A stretch of 58,264 nucleotides of DNA, from the sequence record SRR31156797_1336; one strand, written 5' to 3'. This document shows positions 21,742 to 32,624 of the stretch, in pieces. Below the pieces are notes generated by a model. The model had not been told where the DNA came from, searched no databases, and saw only the letters and a program-made list of their open reading frames with translations. Positions within the stretch are counted from its first letter, which is position 1. Every line of letters begins with the position of its first letter. The position numbers and the translations under genes are program-made.

Positions 21742-22338
21742 ATGGACAATATGAAAGCAGACATCAAGGATATTATATCCGATGTTTTTTCTTCTGACTT
21801 TGTGGATACTAGTGATATTCCAAAGATAGACCTATATATGGAGCAGATAACAAGCTTTTTTGAGGATGCTCTGGGTGAAAATCGCAGAAAAAAGGATGAC
21901 AAAATCCTTACAAAAACTATGGTAAACAATTACACAAAACATGAAGTTCTGCCTCATCCAATAAAGAAAAAATATACTCGAGAGCACATGATAGCCTTGA
22001 CATATATTGTTATGCTGAAAAAAGTCCTTTCTATTCAGGATATAAAGAGCTTCTTTTCCCTCGCAGATAAAGAAAATAATCCATCTCTTGAGCCTCAGTA
22101 TGTGGTGTTTAAGGATTTGATAAGTGATGTTTATTCCAAAACAGAGACGCTTATATCCAGTGAGCTGGACTCCATAGATAATATTCTTTTGGAAAACGGT
22201 ATTCATGATGACAGCACAAGGCTGATGACTCTTATTGCCTGTCTTTGTGCTGAAGCCAGTGCTTTTAAGCTACTGTCAGAGAAACTGATAGATAGATTTG
22301 AAAAGACTAGTGACAATTCAAAAAAGGATAGTAAATAA
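21742..22338 (+). CDS. DUF1836 domain protein
   Basis: IPKIDLYMEQI, LTKTMVNNYTK, KKYTREH. Confidence 0.88.
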   Translation: MDNMKADIKDIISDVFSSDFVDTSDIPKIDLYMEQITSFFEDALGENRRKKDDKILTKTMVNNYTKHEVLPHPIKKKYTREHMIALTYIVMLKKVLSIQDIKSFFSLADKENNPSLEPQYVVFKDLISDVYSKTETLISSELDSIDNILLENGIHDDSTRLMTLIACLCAEASAFKLLSEKLIDRFEKTSDNSKKDSK

Positions 22339-22422
22339 TCTCAAGTTTATTACCCACATATAATCATTGTCTCCACCATAAGATAAAATAAGCTTAAAAT
22401 TAAAGTAATATAAGGAATTTTT

Positions 22423-23394
22423 ATGAAAAAGAACATTATCTTCAATGTCTCTCTTAGCCTCTTAGTAACTATTGTACTATTTATTGGTACAATACTTTTC
22501 GTTCCAGCTCTTTTGCCTTCATCAGCCCTAGAGGGTTCCATGTATTATGTTACTGTAATTATACTACAGCTTTTTCCTCTAGGTCTGGGTATAATATTAT
22601 ATCTTATATTATCAAAGGGGAAAATTCGTAGTCTTTTCATATTTAGTCCAGGTCAATTCAGAGAAAATAAATCTAAACTATTCCTTCAAATAGTAATAGC
22701 TGTTGCTATGGCTGTTACTGGATATACATTCGTGACATTTATTCAATTATTATGGCTAATGCTGCTAGATAGCTTCGGTTATGTTCCAGTGGCTGAAAAT
22801 ATGCCTGCAATCGAAACGTTTTCAGGATTCTTACTAGGACTTTTAAGTGTCTCCGTTATCCCTGCATTAACAGAGGAAATAATCTTCCGTGGAATGCTAC
22901 AGAAGGGTTTGCTTCGTCACAAGAAGCCGATTGCTGCTATAATAATTACGTCTGCACTTTTTATGCTGATGCATGGAAGTTTAGATACTATGATATATAC
23001 ATTCTTGCTGGGAGCGGTTATTGGCTACCTCGCCTATTCCAGCGGATCTATTATTCCGTCCATTGCCTATCATGCGGCTAACAATGCTATGGCTGTAGGG
23101 AGCTTATATTTATATGGTGCTTTCCCTGAACTAATGAATGCGGAAAATCAAGCTGAAAATATCTCTGAATTTACAGGGAGCGATATTCTTTCTATATCAG
23201 TTGCTGCTATAATATCTTTGGCATTTATTGTAACTCTGCTTATTACTTTCATTGCTATAAGCAAAAGACCGCCCAAAAATCCATATCTAAAGCCTGTCCC
23301 AGCTTCTTCAAAAGCAATGCTATGGCTGTCTGCCGCATTATTAATTGGGTTTATGGCTTTGATTTTTGTAACTAGTCAATTCTTTAGCTATTAG
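22423..23394 (+). CDS. CPBP (CAAX-type) intramembrane glutamic metalloprotease
   Basis: EEIIFRG, FMLMH, HAANN motifs; multi-TM. Confidence 0.9.
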   Translation: MKKNIIFNVSLSLLVTIVLFIGTILFVPALLPSSALEGSMYYVTVIILQLFPLGLGIILYLILSKGKIRSLFIFSPGQFRENKSKLFLQIVIAVAMAVTGYTFVTFIQLLWLMLLDSFGYVPVAENMPAIETFSGFLLGLLSVSVIPALTEEIIFRGMLQKGLLRHKKPIAAIIITSALFMLMHGSLDTMIYTFLLGAVIGYLAYSSGSIIPSIAYHAANNAMAVGSLYLYGAFPELMNAENQAENISEFTGSDILSISVAAIISLAFIVTLLITFIAISKRPPKNPYLKPVPASSKAMLWLSAALLIGFMALIFVTSQFFSY

Positions 23395-23469
23395 TAAATA
23401 GTTTACGATTTCAATAGACCTAATGAGATTCATTAAGTTTTTTAATGTACCGCTTTCTCAATATTAGTA

Positions 23470-23715
23470 CTACAAATCCCCCATATCCACATCAATTAGT
23501 ATTACATCTATTCCTATTTTCTCTACATTGTCCCAAGGAACTCGGATGCCTTTGGATGTACCTTTTAGCATTTCACTGAATCTGAAATTTCCCGGTACCC
23601 GAAGTGCCTCAATATGCCCATCGGAAGAAAATTCTATATCTATAACGTTGCCCATACGTTTTCCGTTTCTGATATTTATAACTTCTTTTTGCCGTATGTC
23701 TGATGTTTTTCCCAA
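23470..23715 (-). CDS. YlmC/YmxH family sporulation protein (PRC barrel)
   Basis: KEVINIRNGKRMG..DIE...VPWDNVEKIGIDVIL; TTG 23715 after RBS GAAGGTGA. Confidence 0.9.
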   Translation of the reverse strand: MGKTSDIRQKEVINIRNGKRMGNVIDIEFSSDGHIEALRVPGNFRFSEMLKGTSKGIRVPWDNVEKIGIDVILIDVDMGDL

Positions 23716-23854
23716 TATGAATTCACCTTCCTTCAATATATTTATATGATGAAATATTTGTTAAAATTACAAATAATTTAACTTTGAACTAAGAATAAAT
23801 AAAGCGGAAAATCAGAAAATAATCACGAGAATGTTTTAGTGAAAGGAGTTTAAA

Positions 23855-24019
23855 ATGCATAAAAAACAACAGATAAGATGTTCAGTAACAAATTGTGGAC
23901 ATTACGACAGAGGCGGATGCTCACTACAGTCAATAAACGTACAGCCATGTAATGACTGTCATTCAGAAAAGAAGGAAGATCAGAGCATGTGTTCCAGCTA
24001 TGAGTTAAGTGAATCATAA
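23855..24019 (+). CDS. Small Cys-rich DUF1540-like protein (54 aa, absent from ORF track)
   Basis: RBS GAAAGGAG; MHKKQQIRCSVTNCGHYDRGGCSLQSINVQPCNDCHSEKKEDQSMCSSYELSES; stop overlaps next ATG (TAATG). Confidence 0.8.
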   Translation: MHKKQQIRCSVTNCGHYDRGGCSLQSINVQPCNDCHSEKKEDQSMCSSYELSES

Positions 24020-24246
24020 TGAAAAAATTTAAGAATAAAAAGAAGACCGAATTAGGCGGTGCAGAGGATTTGTATGCAGATGTTCCTAATGCATTTATAC
24101 CAACAGGCGAGATTGGCTTAGTACAGGGTGCAGTAGGCAGCGATGAGCTACTGTCAAACGCTGTTCAGGCTGAGGGTGTGGTTCCCGTTGCACCAACGCT
24201 GACAAAGCAAGATAAGAAGAAAAGTAAAAAGAATCTAAAAGAGTGA
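24019..24246 (+). CDS. Hypothetical small protein
   Basis: 75 aa, coupled to the DUF1540-like gene, followed by a hairpin at about 24252-24281. Confidence 0.6.
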   Translation: MKKFKNKKKTELGGAEDLYADVPNAFIPTGEIGLVQGAVGSDELLSNAVQAEGVVPVAPTLTKQDKKKSKKNLKE

Positions 24247-24281
24247 TACCGGAAAAAGGCTGATGCAATGTCGGCCTTCTT

Positions 24282-24638
24282 CTAATAAAAAACTAGATTT
24301 ACACCCTGCCCCACCAAAATAGAAGCAATATTAAATATAAATGCCCAAAACAAAGCTTTAGGGTACTTAGGTATTGTCTTTGATACATAATACAGCAGAC
24401 TCTCAGCAATCAGTACACCCAATTCTCCTATTATCCACATTGTAATTCCATAACGGAATCCTGCAATAACCATATAAGTAAAGAATATATGTAAAGAAAT
24501 ATGAGTTAATACATTGAAGCAGGTGGCAGATAGTATCCTTAATGGTTGCCTTGAAATAAATATTGCAAATAAACCTACTTCAACAATCAGAGTAGTAAAT
24601 AGCATTTTCAGATAAAATGATAATGGGTAAAAAAACAT
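24282..24638 (-). CDS. Small hypothetical membrane protein
   Basis: Four hydrophobic helices; ATG 24638 after RBS GAGG. Confidence 0.65.
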   Translation of the reverse strand: MFFYPLSFYLKMLFTTLIVEVGLFAIFISRQPLRILSATCFNVLTHISLHIFFTYMVIAGFRYGITMWIIGELGVLIAESLLYYVSKTIPKYPKALFWAFIFNIASILVGQGVNLVFY

Positions 24639-24657
24639 ATAAACCTCTATTTTATGT

Positions 24658-24686
24658 TTGTACTTGTAGATATTACCATGTATAAT
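24658..24686 (+). promoter_or_regulatory. Putative sigma-A promoter for the 24740 gene
   Basis: TTGTAC-N17-TATAAT. Confidence 0.55.
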
Positions 24687-24739
24687 GTTTGTGTTCAATA
24701 GATATATGAATAAATACATAATTATAAGGTGATAGCAAA

Positions 24740-26314
24740 ATGCTGAAAAAAATAACTCTTTTAGTTCTTATTTTCATACAAATACTGAGTATGAGTATAA
24801 ATGTACAAGCAAACGATATAACATTCTTGAAGGACAATCATCTATATTGTACAGTTATCCCCAAAACAAATGAAATCCAATTGGGTGAGGACTTCGAATT
24901 CACGATGAAAATAACCAATCAATCACAATATGACTGCTATATACGACGCATCTATCAAATTTTCAATGGCGATTCAGGTTTTGATATTGAATATGAAAAT
25001 TCTGATAGCATTATCTCAATCTCTCCGTATGAGACTATAAAAATTGACTGCAAATACAAAGTACCTTTTGATATTGACTGGTATAAAAGAGGTAAAAATT
25101 ATTATGTGAATATCAGTGCGAAAATTATATACCTAAATCAAGCCGAAGATTGGTTTCGTAATGATTTAGAGAAGCAGGAGTACTGCGAAAAGTATGGATG
25201 CGGAGAAAATGAAATGTATTACTTCACTGCCTGTAATGCAAACGAGGAAACTCTGAAAATCACTAATCTTAATGATGGAAACCACATTATCCAAATGAAT
25301 ACGCAGTACTCACAAAGCATTACATACATCAGGGATGACCTGCTAAATGAACCAAATAATGCAAACCTAATACCACTAACACAATCAACTTCCAGTATTA
25401 AAAATATCAGCGAAAAAGAATGTGAAATAATTGCATGTAACAATGCCTCAATCAATAATACACAAAACAGTATTTTAAAACCAAATGAAAAATACAAAAT
25501 CCAGCACAATGGTATCGCTCCATATTTGTCAACTTTATATTCGCCTGTGAGTGCAATCGAGAAAAACACTGCAATCATAGAATGTGAGGGAATATATTAC
25601 GCAATTATGAGTTCCAAAACTCTGCCTATAAATATTATATCCCACAAAAGTTTTGAATTCACAAAAGAATTAGACGAAGAAAGTATATATCAAGGAGATG
25701 TTAATGCCAATATTAACATAAAAGTGAAAAATGTATCGGATATACCTCTTGATAATTTCTACATAAATTATCCTGCAACAATGAGCCATATTTATAACTT
25801 GAATCAATATCATGAATACCAATCATCAGGAGTTACAATAGAGAAAAATGAAGTAAAAACTATAAAATGCAATAGAATACTTACGGAAGCTATAAAAAAC
25901 TTAAGTATCTACGATTACAATTTCGGTGTGCAGGTAGGCAGCTACGGATATATATTTCATGTTTACAAAAACATTCATACTAACAAAACAGAGTGCGCTT
26001 TGATAAATACAATGGAAATAATTAATCTAAATCCTGCAGATGACAAAATTTCCGTAGTTTCTTCCACTGAGCAAGTAATTCCAACTGCAACACTATCTCC
26101 TACACCTAAGGCTGAAATCAGTTCAGAAGCTGCGGAGGCTAGTACTATTCCAGAAGTCAATAATGATACATTTATTATTACTAATATAGAAAACGACGAT
26201 ACTATTCCCATATGGACATGGATTGTACTTACGATTACTGCAATAGCTGCATTGCTATTAGTTTTTATTTTAGGCTATCAAAAGGCACAAAATGACAAAG
26301 GGGGAACACATTAA
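24740..26314 (+). CDS. Hypothetical exported protein with C-terminal membrane anchor
   Basis: Signal peptide ending VQA, S/T/P-rich linker, C-terminal TM (IPIWTWIVL...). Confidence 0.75.
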   Translation: MLKKITLLVLIFIQILSMSINVQANDITFLKDNHLYCTVIPKTNEIQLGEDFEFTMKITNQSQYDCYIRRIYQIFNGDSGFDIEYENSDSIISISPYETIKIDCKYKVPFDIDWYKRGKNYYVNISAKIIYLNQAEDWFRNDLEKQEYCEKYGCGENEMYYFTACNANEETLKITNLNDGNHIIQMNTQYSQSITYIRDDLLNEPNNANLIPLTQSTSSIKNISEKECEIIACNNASINNTQNSILKPNEKYKIQHNGIAPYLSTLYSPVSAIEKNTAIIECEGIYYAIMSSKTLPINIISHKSFEFTKELDEESIYQGDVNANINIKVKNVSDIPLDNFYINYPATMSHIYNLNQYHEYQSSGVTIEKNEVKTIKCNRILTEAIKNLSIYDYNFGVQVGSYGYIFHVYKNIHTNKTECALINTMEIINLNPADDKISVVSSTEQVIPTATLSPTPKAEISSEAAEASTIPEVNNDTFIITNIENDDTIPIWTWIVLTITAIAALLLVFILGYQKAQNDKGGTH

Positions 26315-26368
26315 AAATCATATAATAAGTTTAATTAACTTCCCATATTTTAAGTCTTCATAAAAGTA

Positions 26369-26421
26369 TTGACAAACGAGAGGGAAAGTGTTAACCTTGT
26401 TTTGGGTAATGATTTTACCCA
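26369..26421 (+). promoter_or_regulatory. Promoter and twin operators, BlaI cassette 1
   Basis: TTGACA-N17-TAACCT; AGGGAA-N5-TAACCT and perfect GGGTAA-N5-TTACCC. Confidence 0.7.
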
Positions 26422-26466
26422 CTGTTGTTGTATGGTATTTTATTTGTAAACTGAAAGGCTTAAAAA

Positions 26467-26847
26467 ATGGATGAAGGGCTAAATCTATCAAAAAATGATT
26501 CAATAGTAATGAACATCATTTGGATAAAAGGTGAAACAACTACCGCAGAAGTTTTGCAGGAGCTAAGGGGCAAAAAGGGCTTTACCCGTGATACGGTAAA
26601 GACGTATATACGCAGGCTTCGTGAGAAGAATTTGGTAGGTGTAAGGGAATTGAGCCCAAAGAAGCACTACTATTATCCCCTTATTTCAAAAGATGAGTAT
26701 TTAGCCAATGAAACAAGACTATTTTTAAATAATAATTATTCTGACCTTACCCATATGGTGGCAGGGTTAGTTGAGAATGAACAGATATCTGATGACGAAA
26801 TAGCTGACCTAGAGGAATATATGAAGCGGCTAAAGGACAGTAAATAG
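26467..26847 (+). CDS. BlaI/MecI/CopY family repressor
   Basis: LSKNDSIVMNIIW, TVKTYIRRLREK, YYPLISKDEY, ISDDEIADL. Confidence 0.92.
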   Translation: MDEGLNLSKNDSIVMNIIWIKGETTTAEVLQELRGKKGFTRDTVKTYIRRLREKNLVGVRELSPKKHYYYPLISKDEYLANETRLFLNNNYSDLTHMVAGLVENEQISDDEIADLEEYMKRLKDSK

Positions 26848-26862
26848 CATAAGTAGGTAAAA

Positions 26863-29313
26863 ATGAATACCATTTTTAATATATTAAAGGAAATCACCAT
26901 ATTGTCCAGCATTATGGTTGTAGTTACTATGTCCATTAAGGGCATTATAGGCAATAGAATGAGTGCAAAAGTCCTGACCTTATTATGGATATTAGTGCTG
27001 ATTCGTCTGCTGATTCCTATTAGTATAGAGTCTCCGTATCATATTGACCAGATAACTAGGCAAAGCCAAGAACCATCAGTGATACCAACGACTAATATAA
27101 CAACAACAGAGATGTCAAATACCAACGACGCACCATTGGATTTCACCCCAATAGTGCCCTCAATACAGACAAATGAAATCTATACAGCAAATACTCAGGA
27201 TACACCTCAAGTCAGTGTATTCACAAAAACAAGTAAAATACTAAAGAATATAAAACCAACAACTTATTTAATAATCATTTGGCTGATTGGTGTAATTATA
27301 CTTACTATACAAAAGACATTTATTTGCACCAAATTTGCCAAAATCCTAAAGACTGAGAGCATAATCAAGCTGGATAGTATTATTGCAGAATGCAAACAGC
27401 AGCTATACATTCATAGGAAAATCATAGTTATGGAGTCAAAATATTTAGGTTCACCTATGACTTTCGGCGTAATACAGCCTGTAATAGTACTTCCGGATAA
27501 TTTAATAGATAATATATCCCTATCAAAACTAAAGCTAATCCTAATACATGAACTGGTACACATCAAGCGTCGGGATGTGATAAAAAATTACTTATGGATG
27601 ATTGCAAAAAGCCTTCATTGGTATAATCCGCTGGTGTGGGTGGCATATTCACAGTACCTAAGTGATGTGGAATTAGCATGTGATGAACAGGTAATAAAAT
27701 TTATTGATGAAAGTCAGAGTTTTGAATACTCTCAAAGCTTAATTGATGTAATTAAACTCTCAAAATCTATAGGAACTGCCCCTCAGGGGATGTCCTTTTG
27801 CGAGGACAAAACTAAGATACGAAAGAGAGTAGAGAAAATGCTTAAACTAACAAAACAGTTTAAATCAGCTTATGCTTTTACAATATTGACTGCAGTTATT
27901 ATGATAATCGCCTGCTTTACTACCAGTTGCAAACCAACTCCTGATTCTCCTATTGTAGGTAACAAAAATGAGAACCTAGTAGAAGAAGTAATTGAAGTAA
28001 ATGAAGAAGAACCAGAGACTATGCAGGAGGATAAAGAGGTAATTGAGGAACAGATAGAAGCTATAAATCAACACCTGAATACGGAATATCAAGCAAATGA
28101 CAGAGTAAAAATCGTAGTAGACGCAGATGTCATTATGCCCCAGTATGATAAAATCCCATTAGTACGTGTTGTACCTGAAAATTTGACAAGAGAACATATG
28201 GAGCTGTTAATTGAGGCAGTGACAAATGGTGAACCTGTATATTATCAGCCAGAGGGTATCAGCATATGGTCAAAACAAGAGATAGATGAAATAGTAGTGC
28301 ACTTGGAGCAATTAAAACTAAACGATGAACTTCCAAGCAACGAAAGAAAGTATTTGGAGGATATAATCGATAGAATGAAAAACGATTATTATCCTATATC
28401 TCCAAATAAAGGTGAAGAAAAGCTTTATGACGGTACACTGCAGGAAGTTGATGACAATAAATACTATAGTCATATAACTGCATTGAAATCATATTTAGGA
28501 CATACACAAGCGGCTAGGATTGAATTGTGGCAATCGTTTAATAAGACTTCAAATCAATTGGTATTTAAAAACATAGACTATGCTGTACCTTATACTATGT
28601 ATGCCCCATATGAGGGCACAGACTCTCCAAAGATAGATAAATCATATGATGAGTGTAAGCAAATAGCAGAGGACTTAGTTGTTGCCTTAGATGGTGAGTA
28701 CAGCAATCTGAAACTATATAAATCTAGAATCGCTTATTGTGAAGGTGGGTTTGGGAACTATACAGAGGAAACTTCTCCCAATGCCTATAGCTTTAGTTTT
28801 GCCAGAGAGTACAATGGAGTGCTGGTAAAATCATTATGGCCTTTGACGGGCGGAGATAATGAAATAGATTATAGTAAACAAGTTCGACCAGAGTCATTTA
28901 CAGTAACAATTGACAACAGCGGAATAGTATATGTCGGATGGCTGAATTATACACAGTTTAAAGAAGTTGTTACAGAGGATGTTCCGCTATTGGATTTTGA
29001 AACTATTCAGAGTACATTTGAAAATCAATGCCAATATCAATTTGCTTGGGAACCCCATTATGATAATATACCAGACAGTGCTACAGCTACTATTACAATA
29101 CATAGAGTTGAGCTGAATTTGATGATGACACCTGAAAAAGACGATATTGATAATTATATTATGGTACCTGTGTGGGATTTTATCGGCGATATGGTTTATA
29201 ATCAAGAGATAATCGATGAAGAAGGTTATACTCAGCCAAACGAACTGAATTCAAGTATACTGACTATCAATGCCATTGATGGAACAATTATTGACAGAGA
29301 GCAGGGGTACTGA
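26863..29313 (+). CDS. BlaR1-like M56 metallopeptidase with DUF6034-like ectodomain
   Basis: LWILVLIRLLIP, HELVHIKRRD, HWYNPLVW, ELACDE; C-terminus VPVWDFIG...LTINAIDGTII. Confidence 0.88.
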   Translation: MNTIFNILKEITILSSIMVVVTMSIKGIIGNRMSAKVLTLLWILVLIRLLIPISIESPYHIDQITRQSQEPSVIPTTNITTTEMSNTNDAPLDFTPIVPSIQTNEIYTANTQDTPQVSVFTKTSKILKNIKPTTYLIIIWLIGVIILTIQKTFICTKFAKILKTESIIKLDSIIAECKQQLYIHRKIIVMESKYLGSPMTFGVIQPVIVLPDNLIDNISLSKLKLILIHELVHIKRRDVIKNYLWMIAKSLHWYNPLVWVAYSQYLSDVELACDEQVIKFIDESQSFEYSQSLIDVIKLSKSIGTAPQGMSFCEDKTKIRKRVEKMLKLTKQFKSAYAFTILTAVIMIIACFTTSCKPTPDSPIVGNKNENLVEEVIEVNEEEPETMQEDKEVIEEQIEAINQHLNTEYQANDRVKIVVDADVIMPQYDKIPLVRVVPENLTREHMELLIEAVTNGEPVYYQPEGISIWSKQEIDEIVVHLEQLKLNDELPSNERKYLEDIIDRMKNDYYPISPNKGEEKLYDGTLQEVDDNKYYSHITALKSYLGHTQAARIELWQSFNKTSNQLVFKNIDYAVPYTMYAPYEGTDSPKIDKSYDECKQIAEDLVVALDGEYSNLKLYKSRIAYCEGGFGNYTEETSPNAYSFSFAREYNGVLVKSLWPLTGGDNEIDYSKQVRPESFTVTIDNSGIVYVGWLNYTQFKEVVTEDVPLLDFETIQSTFENQCQYQFAWEPHYDNIPDSATATITIHRVELNLMMTPEKDDIDNYIMVPVWDFIGDMVYNQEIIDEEGYTQPNELNSSILTINAIDGTIIDREQGY

Positions 29314-29365
29314 ATATATAGATAATTTACACTCATTATACAGATATAAAATATGATTATTTTAT

Positions 29366-29405
29366 TGGGGGATTAATCACAGATAGTGAATTAACCCTCT
29401 TTTTT
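29366..29405 (+). terminator. Rho-independent terminator
   Basis: GGGGGATTAATCAC...GTGAATTAACCCTC then T-tract. Confidence 0.65.
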
Positions 29406-29555
29406 ATGATCATTAATAATGGCTTTATATCGTGTTTGTACTTGTAGATATTGCCGTGCATGATTACATAGTCCGAAATAAAATCAAGGCTTTTGCTTTA
29501 CTTCTGATTCCAAAAAAGTTCAAAAGGGCAAAGAGTAAATATAATAATTAACATA

Positions 29556-29611
29556 TTGACAAATGAGAGGTAAAGTGTTAACCTCATAACGTGAGGTAAG
29601 GTGTTACCCAC
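29556..29611 (+). promoter_or_regulatory. Promoter and twin operators, BlaI cassette 2
   Basis: TTGACA-N17-TAACCT; AGGTAA-N5-TAACCT and GGTAA-N4-TTACC. Confidence 0.7.
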
Positions 29612-29626
29612 ATAAGGAGTTTCACT

Positions 29627-30004
29627 ATGGTTAATCAAACATTATCAGAAGCAGACAAGATTATAATGGATATTGTCTGGGCAAAAGGCGAAGTAGATAA
29701 TTCAACAATTATGCAGGAACTAGACGGCTTTCGCGACTGGTCACGACACACTGTAAAGACATATCTTCGTCGCTTGAATGAAAAGGGCTTGGTGGGCATC
29801 AGGCAGATAAATTCTCGAAAGAATATCTACTATCCCCTGCTAGGCAAGGAGGACTACCTGGCAGATGAATCTATCGTCTACCTAAAGGATCACTACAAAT
29901 CACTAACGCATATGGTAGCAGGTCTTTTGGAGAGAGAAAAGATATCAGACGAGGAACTCATTGATTTGCAGAAACTAATAAACGATTATAAAGCAAAAGG
30001 CTAA
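29627..30004 (+). CDS. BlaI/MecI/CopY family repressor
   Basis: LSEADKIIMDIVW, WSRHTVKTYLRRL, ISDEELIDL. Confidence 0.92.
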   Translation: MVNQTLSEADKIIMDIVWAKGEVDNSTIMQELDGFRDWSRHTVKTYLRRLNEKGLVGIRQINSRKNIYYPLLGKEDYLADESIVYLKDHYKSLTHMVAGLLEREKISDEELIDLQKLINDYKAKG

Positions 30005-30008
30005 ATGT

Positions 30009-32624
30009 ATGGCTGATATCTTAAATACATTGCTTCTTAATATTTTGTTATCATCAATATTGATATCAGCGGTATTGTTAATAAAGCTGATATTTCGAAA
30101 AAGCATTGGTATCAAGGCATTGTCATTCCTATGGATACTGGTTGTATTTAGATTAATTATGCCTTTTACCTTACAATCACCAATACATTTAGAAGGTATT
30201 TCTGTACTAAATCATACAATCAGTTATGAAACTCCAACTGTAGTAGATTATGAAACTCCAGATGATTTGGCAGAAAACACTCCTTTGGAAGCAGATGGTG
30301 AAATAAAAAATATTGAAGAATATGAAAATCAAGTACAACAAGTTAATAGAGTGAATGTACTGGATAAAATAACAGAATATATTAAGAGCTTAGAATTAAA
30401 AACTATTACGGTATTTATTTGGCTAATAGTAGCTGTGTATATTGTTTTCAAGAACTTTTCTTTCCTGATATGGTTTAACTGTAATCTTCGTAAATCAAAT
30501 AATATCAGTAGAAAATTAAAAAGTGCTTTTGAAACAGCACGAGTTAAATCTTGTATAAATAAAGCTATGATAATTGAATGTGAGAATATTGATATTCCAA
30601 TAACCTATGGACTATTAAATCCAAAAATATTAATACCAAAAGACTTAGTGAATAACATAGATGAAAATAAACTTACACTGATACTGATGCACGAACTAAC
30701 TCACATAAAGCATGGCGATATTCTAAAAAACTACCTATGGCTTATAGCAAAAGCAATCCATTGGTTCAATCCCCTTGTATGGATTGCATATAAGGTGTAC
30801 TTAAGCGATATGGAATTGGTTTGCGATGCGAGGACTACAGATAGTCTGGAGAACAACCAGCGTGTAGAATACAGTGAAAGCTTATTAGAGGCAACGAAAC
30901 TCCTTATACCTGATAAAAAAAGCTCTTTTGTAATGCTGAGTTTTTGTGAAACTAAAACACAATTAAGGAGACGTATTATGAATATCTTAGAACCTAAAAA
31001 GCAAAACAATACATCCACTGCGGTGATTGTAATATTATGTATTATAATGATAATTGGGTGCTTTACAACAGCATGCGTATCTATATCTGGCAATTCGCAA
31101 AGCAATGATATAATGACACCAGCATCAGAAAATCAAGTAATAGACTGTCCTGACAACTATTCAGACAGTTTTGAATCCAAAGACGGTAAAGTAAGTATCA
31201 CAATAGACGCTGAAATCTTTGCACCTGATGTGGATAAATTCCCTGTTATGGAAATAGACCCACAGCCAGTAACAAAAGATTTGATGCAGCAGATGGTTGA
31301 CTACTTTATGGAAGGTGATACAGGTGAATATCCTGTATGGTATATGACCACGGAACAAATAGAAGAAAGATTAGCACAATATGAACTTAAACTTAACGAT
31401 GAATCAGTATTAGTCAATGAGTACACAGAGAATTTTGGCGAAGATGTACAAATCGACTATGATAAAGTGAGAGAAGCTATCAAAGATAGGATTGCCGAAT
31501 ACACCGCTATGCTTGAAACAGCACCCGAAACCAGAGAGACTGTCCCATGCGACTTGCATCTGCACCCTGATTACTTCTATACGATGGATGATTATGGATA
31601 CAGATTACAGGAACTAAAACTTACAGATGAGCAATTAACAGAACGAGAAAATAGATTGGATGAGAATCTGTACTTGGTAAGTGATGCAACTATTTCAAAC
31701 GGTGATAATATAAGGATGATTGTCTACCGTGAACCTGGAACAGTCGGCGGCAGCTTCCATAATGCAGAGCACTATGAAGTGCAGGTTATAAGGGCACGAA
31801 ATGATTTCCTGTATGAAAATAGACCCTTAACCAGCGCACATCCTCTAAATGACATATCCTATGTAGAGAATTTTGATGCACCTTATCCTAACTTAACTAT
31901 TAGCCAAAATGAAGCATTGGAGATGGCACAAAAAGTATTGGATGATATTGGAGCAGACAACTTCTATCTAGCTTATTCCAGAATTAGAAAAGAGTATCCA
32001 TTAGTTAGCCAGCTGGGTGAGGACTATGACAGTGAAAATGCTGATGATAAATTCTACATGTTCACATTCAAGTCGGTGTTTGTTGATATACCAATGATTA
32101 TTGCAAATAATAGATTTAATACTAGTGGGCAATGGGCAATGGGTTATAGTTTTGAAGAAATCACAATGAAAGTATCAAACGATGAGGTGGTAGAGTTCCG
32201 ATGGGTAAATCCTATGCAGACATCAACAGTAGTTAATGAAAATGCATCTCTGATGGACTTTGATGAAATTATGAAAATTGCTAAAAAGTATATGAAGCAA
32301 AGCTATACAATAGAAAATGTAGCATTAGTTTGGGATGAGTCAGAAACATATGAGGAGGATTTAGCGAATTACATTAGTGCTGATATAGAGATAGCAGAAA
32401 TCAAACTAGGACTTGCAGGTACATTTAATTATGATAATCTTGAGGAATATATGATAGTACCAGTTTGGAGTTTCTATGGCAGAGCAGGCTGGGAAACAAA
32501 GGATAATTCCCTTCCTAAAATAGAGGATGAAACCGAGGGTGATGTAAGCTATGAACCTATATTATCTATTAATGCTGTAGACGGCAGTATTATTAAACAA
32601 TATCAATACATAGACTTAAATTAA
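30009..32624 (+). CDS. BlaR1-like M56 metallopeptidase with DUF6034-like ectodomain
   Basis: HELTHIKHGD, HWFNPLVW, ELVCD; C-terminus VPVWSFYG...LSINAVDGSII. Confidence 0.88.
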   Translation: MADILNTLLLNILLSSILISAVLLIKLIFRKSIGIKALSFLWILVVFRLIMPFTLQSPIHLEGISVLNHTISYETPTVVDYETPDDLAENTPLEADGEIKNIEEYENQVQQVNRVNVLDKITEYIKSLELKTITVFIWLIVAVYIVFKNFSFLIWFNCNLRKSNNISRKLKSAFETARVKSCINKAMIIECENIDIPITYGLLNPKILIPKDLVNNIDENKLTLILMHELTHIKHGDILKNYLWLIAKAIHWFNPLVWIAYKVYLSDMELVCDARTTDSLENNQRVEYSESLLEATKLLIPDKKSSFVMLSFCETKTQLRRRIMNILEPKKQNNTSTAVIVILCIIMIIGCFTTACVSISGNSQSNDIMTPASENQVIDCPDNYSDSFESKDGKVSITIDAEIFAPDVDKFPVMEIDPQPVTKDLMQQMVDYFMEGDTGEYPVWYMTTEQIEERLAQYELKLNDESVLVNEYTENFGEDVQIDYDKVREAIKDRIAEYTAMLETAPETRETVPCDLHLHPDYFYTMDDYGYRLQELKLTDEQLTERENRLDENLYLVSDATISNGDNIRMIVYREPGTVGGSFHNAEHYEVQVIRARNDFLYENRPLTSAHPLNDISYVENFDAPYPNLTISQNEALEMAQKVLDDIGADNFYLAYSRIRKEYPLVSQLGEDYDSENADDKFYMFTFKSVFVDIPMIIANNRFNTSGQWAMGYSFEEITMKVSNDEVVEFRWVNPMQTSTVVNENASLMDFDEIMKIAKKYMKQSYTIENVALVWDESETYEEDLANYISADIEIAEIKLGLAGTFNYDNLEEYMIVPVWSFYGRAGWETKDNSLPKIEDETEGDVSYEPILSINAVDGSIIKQYQYIDLN

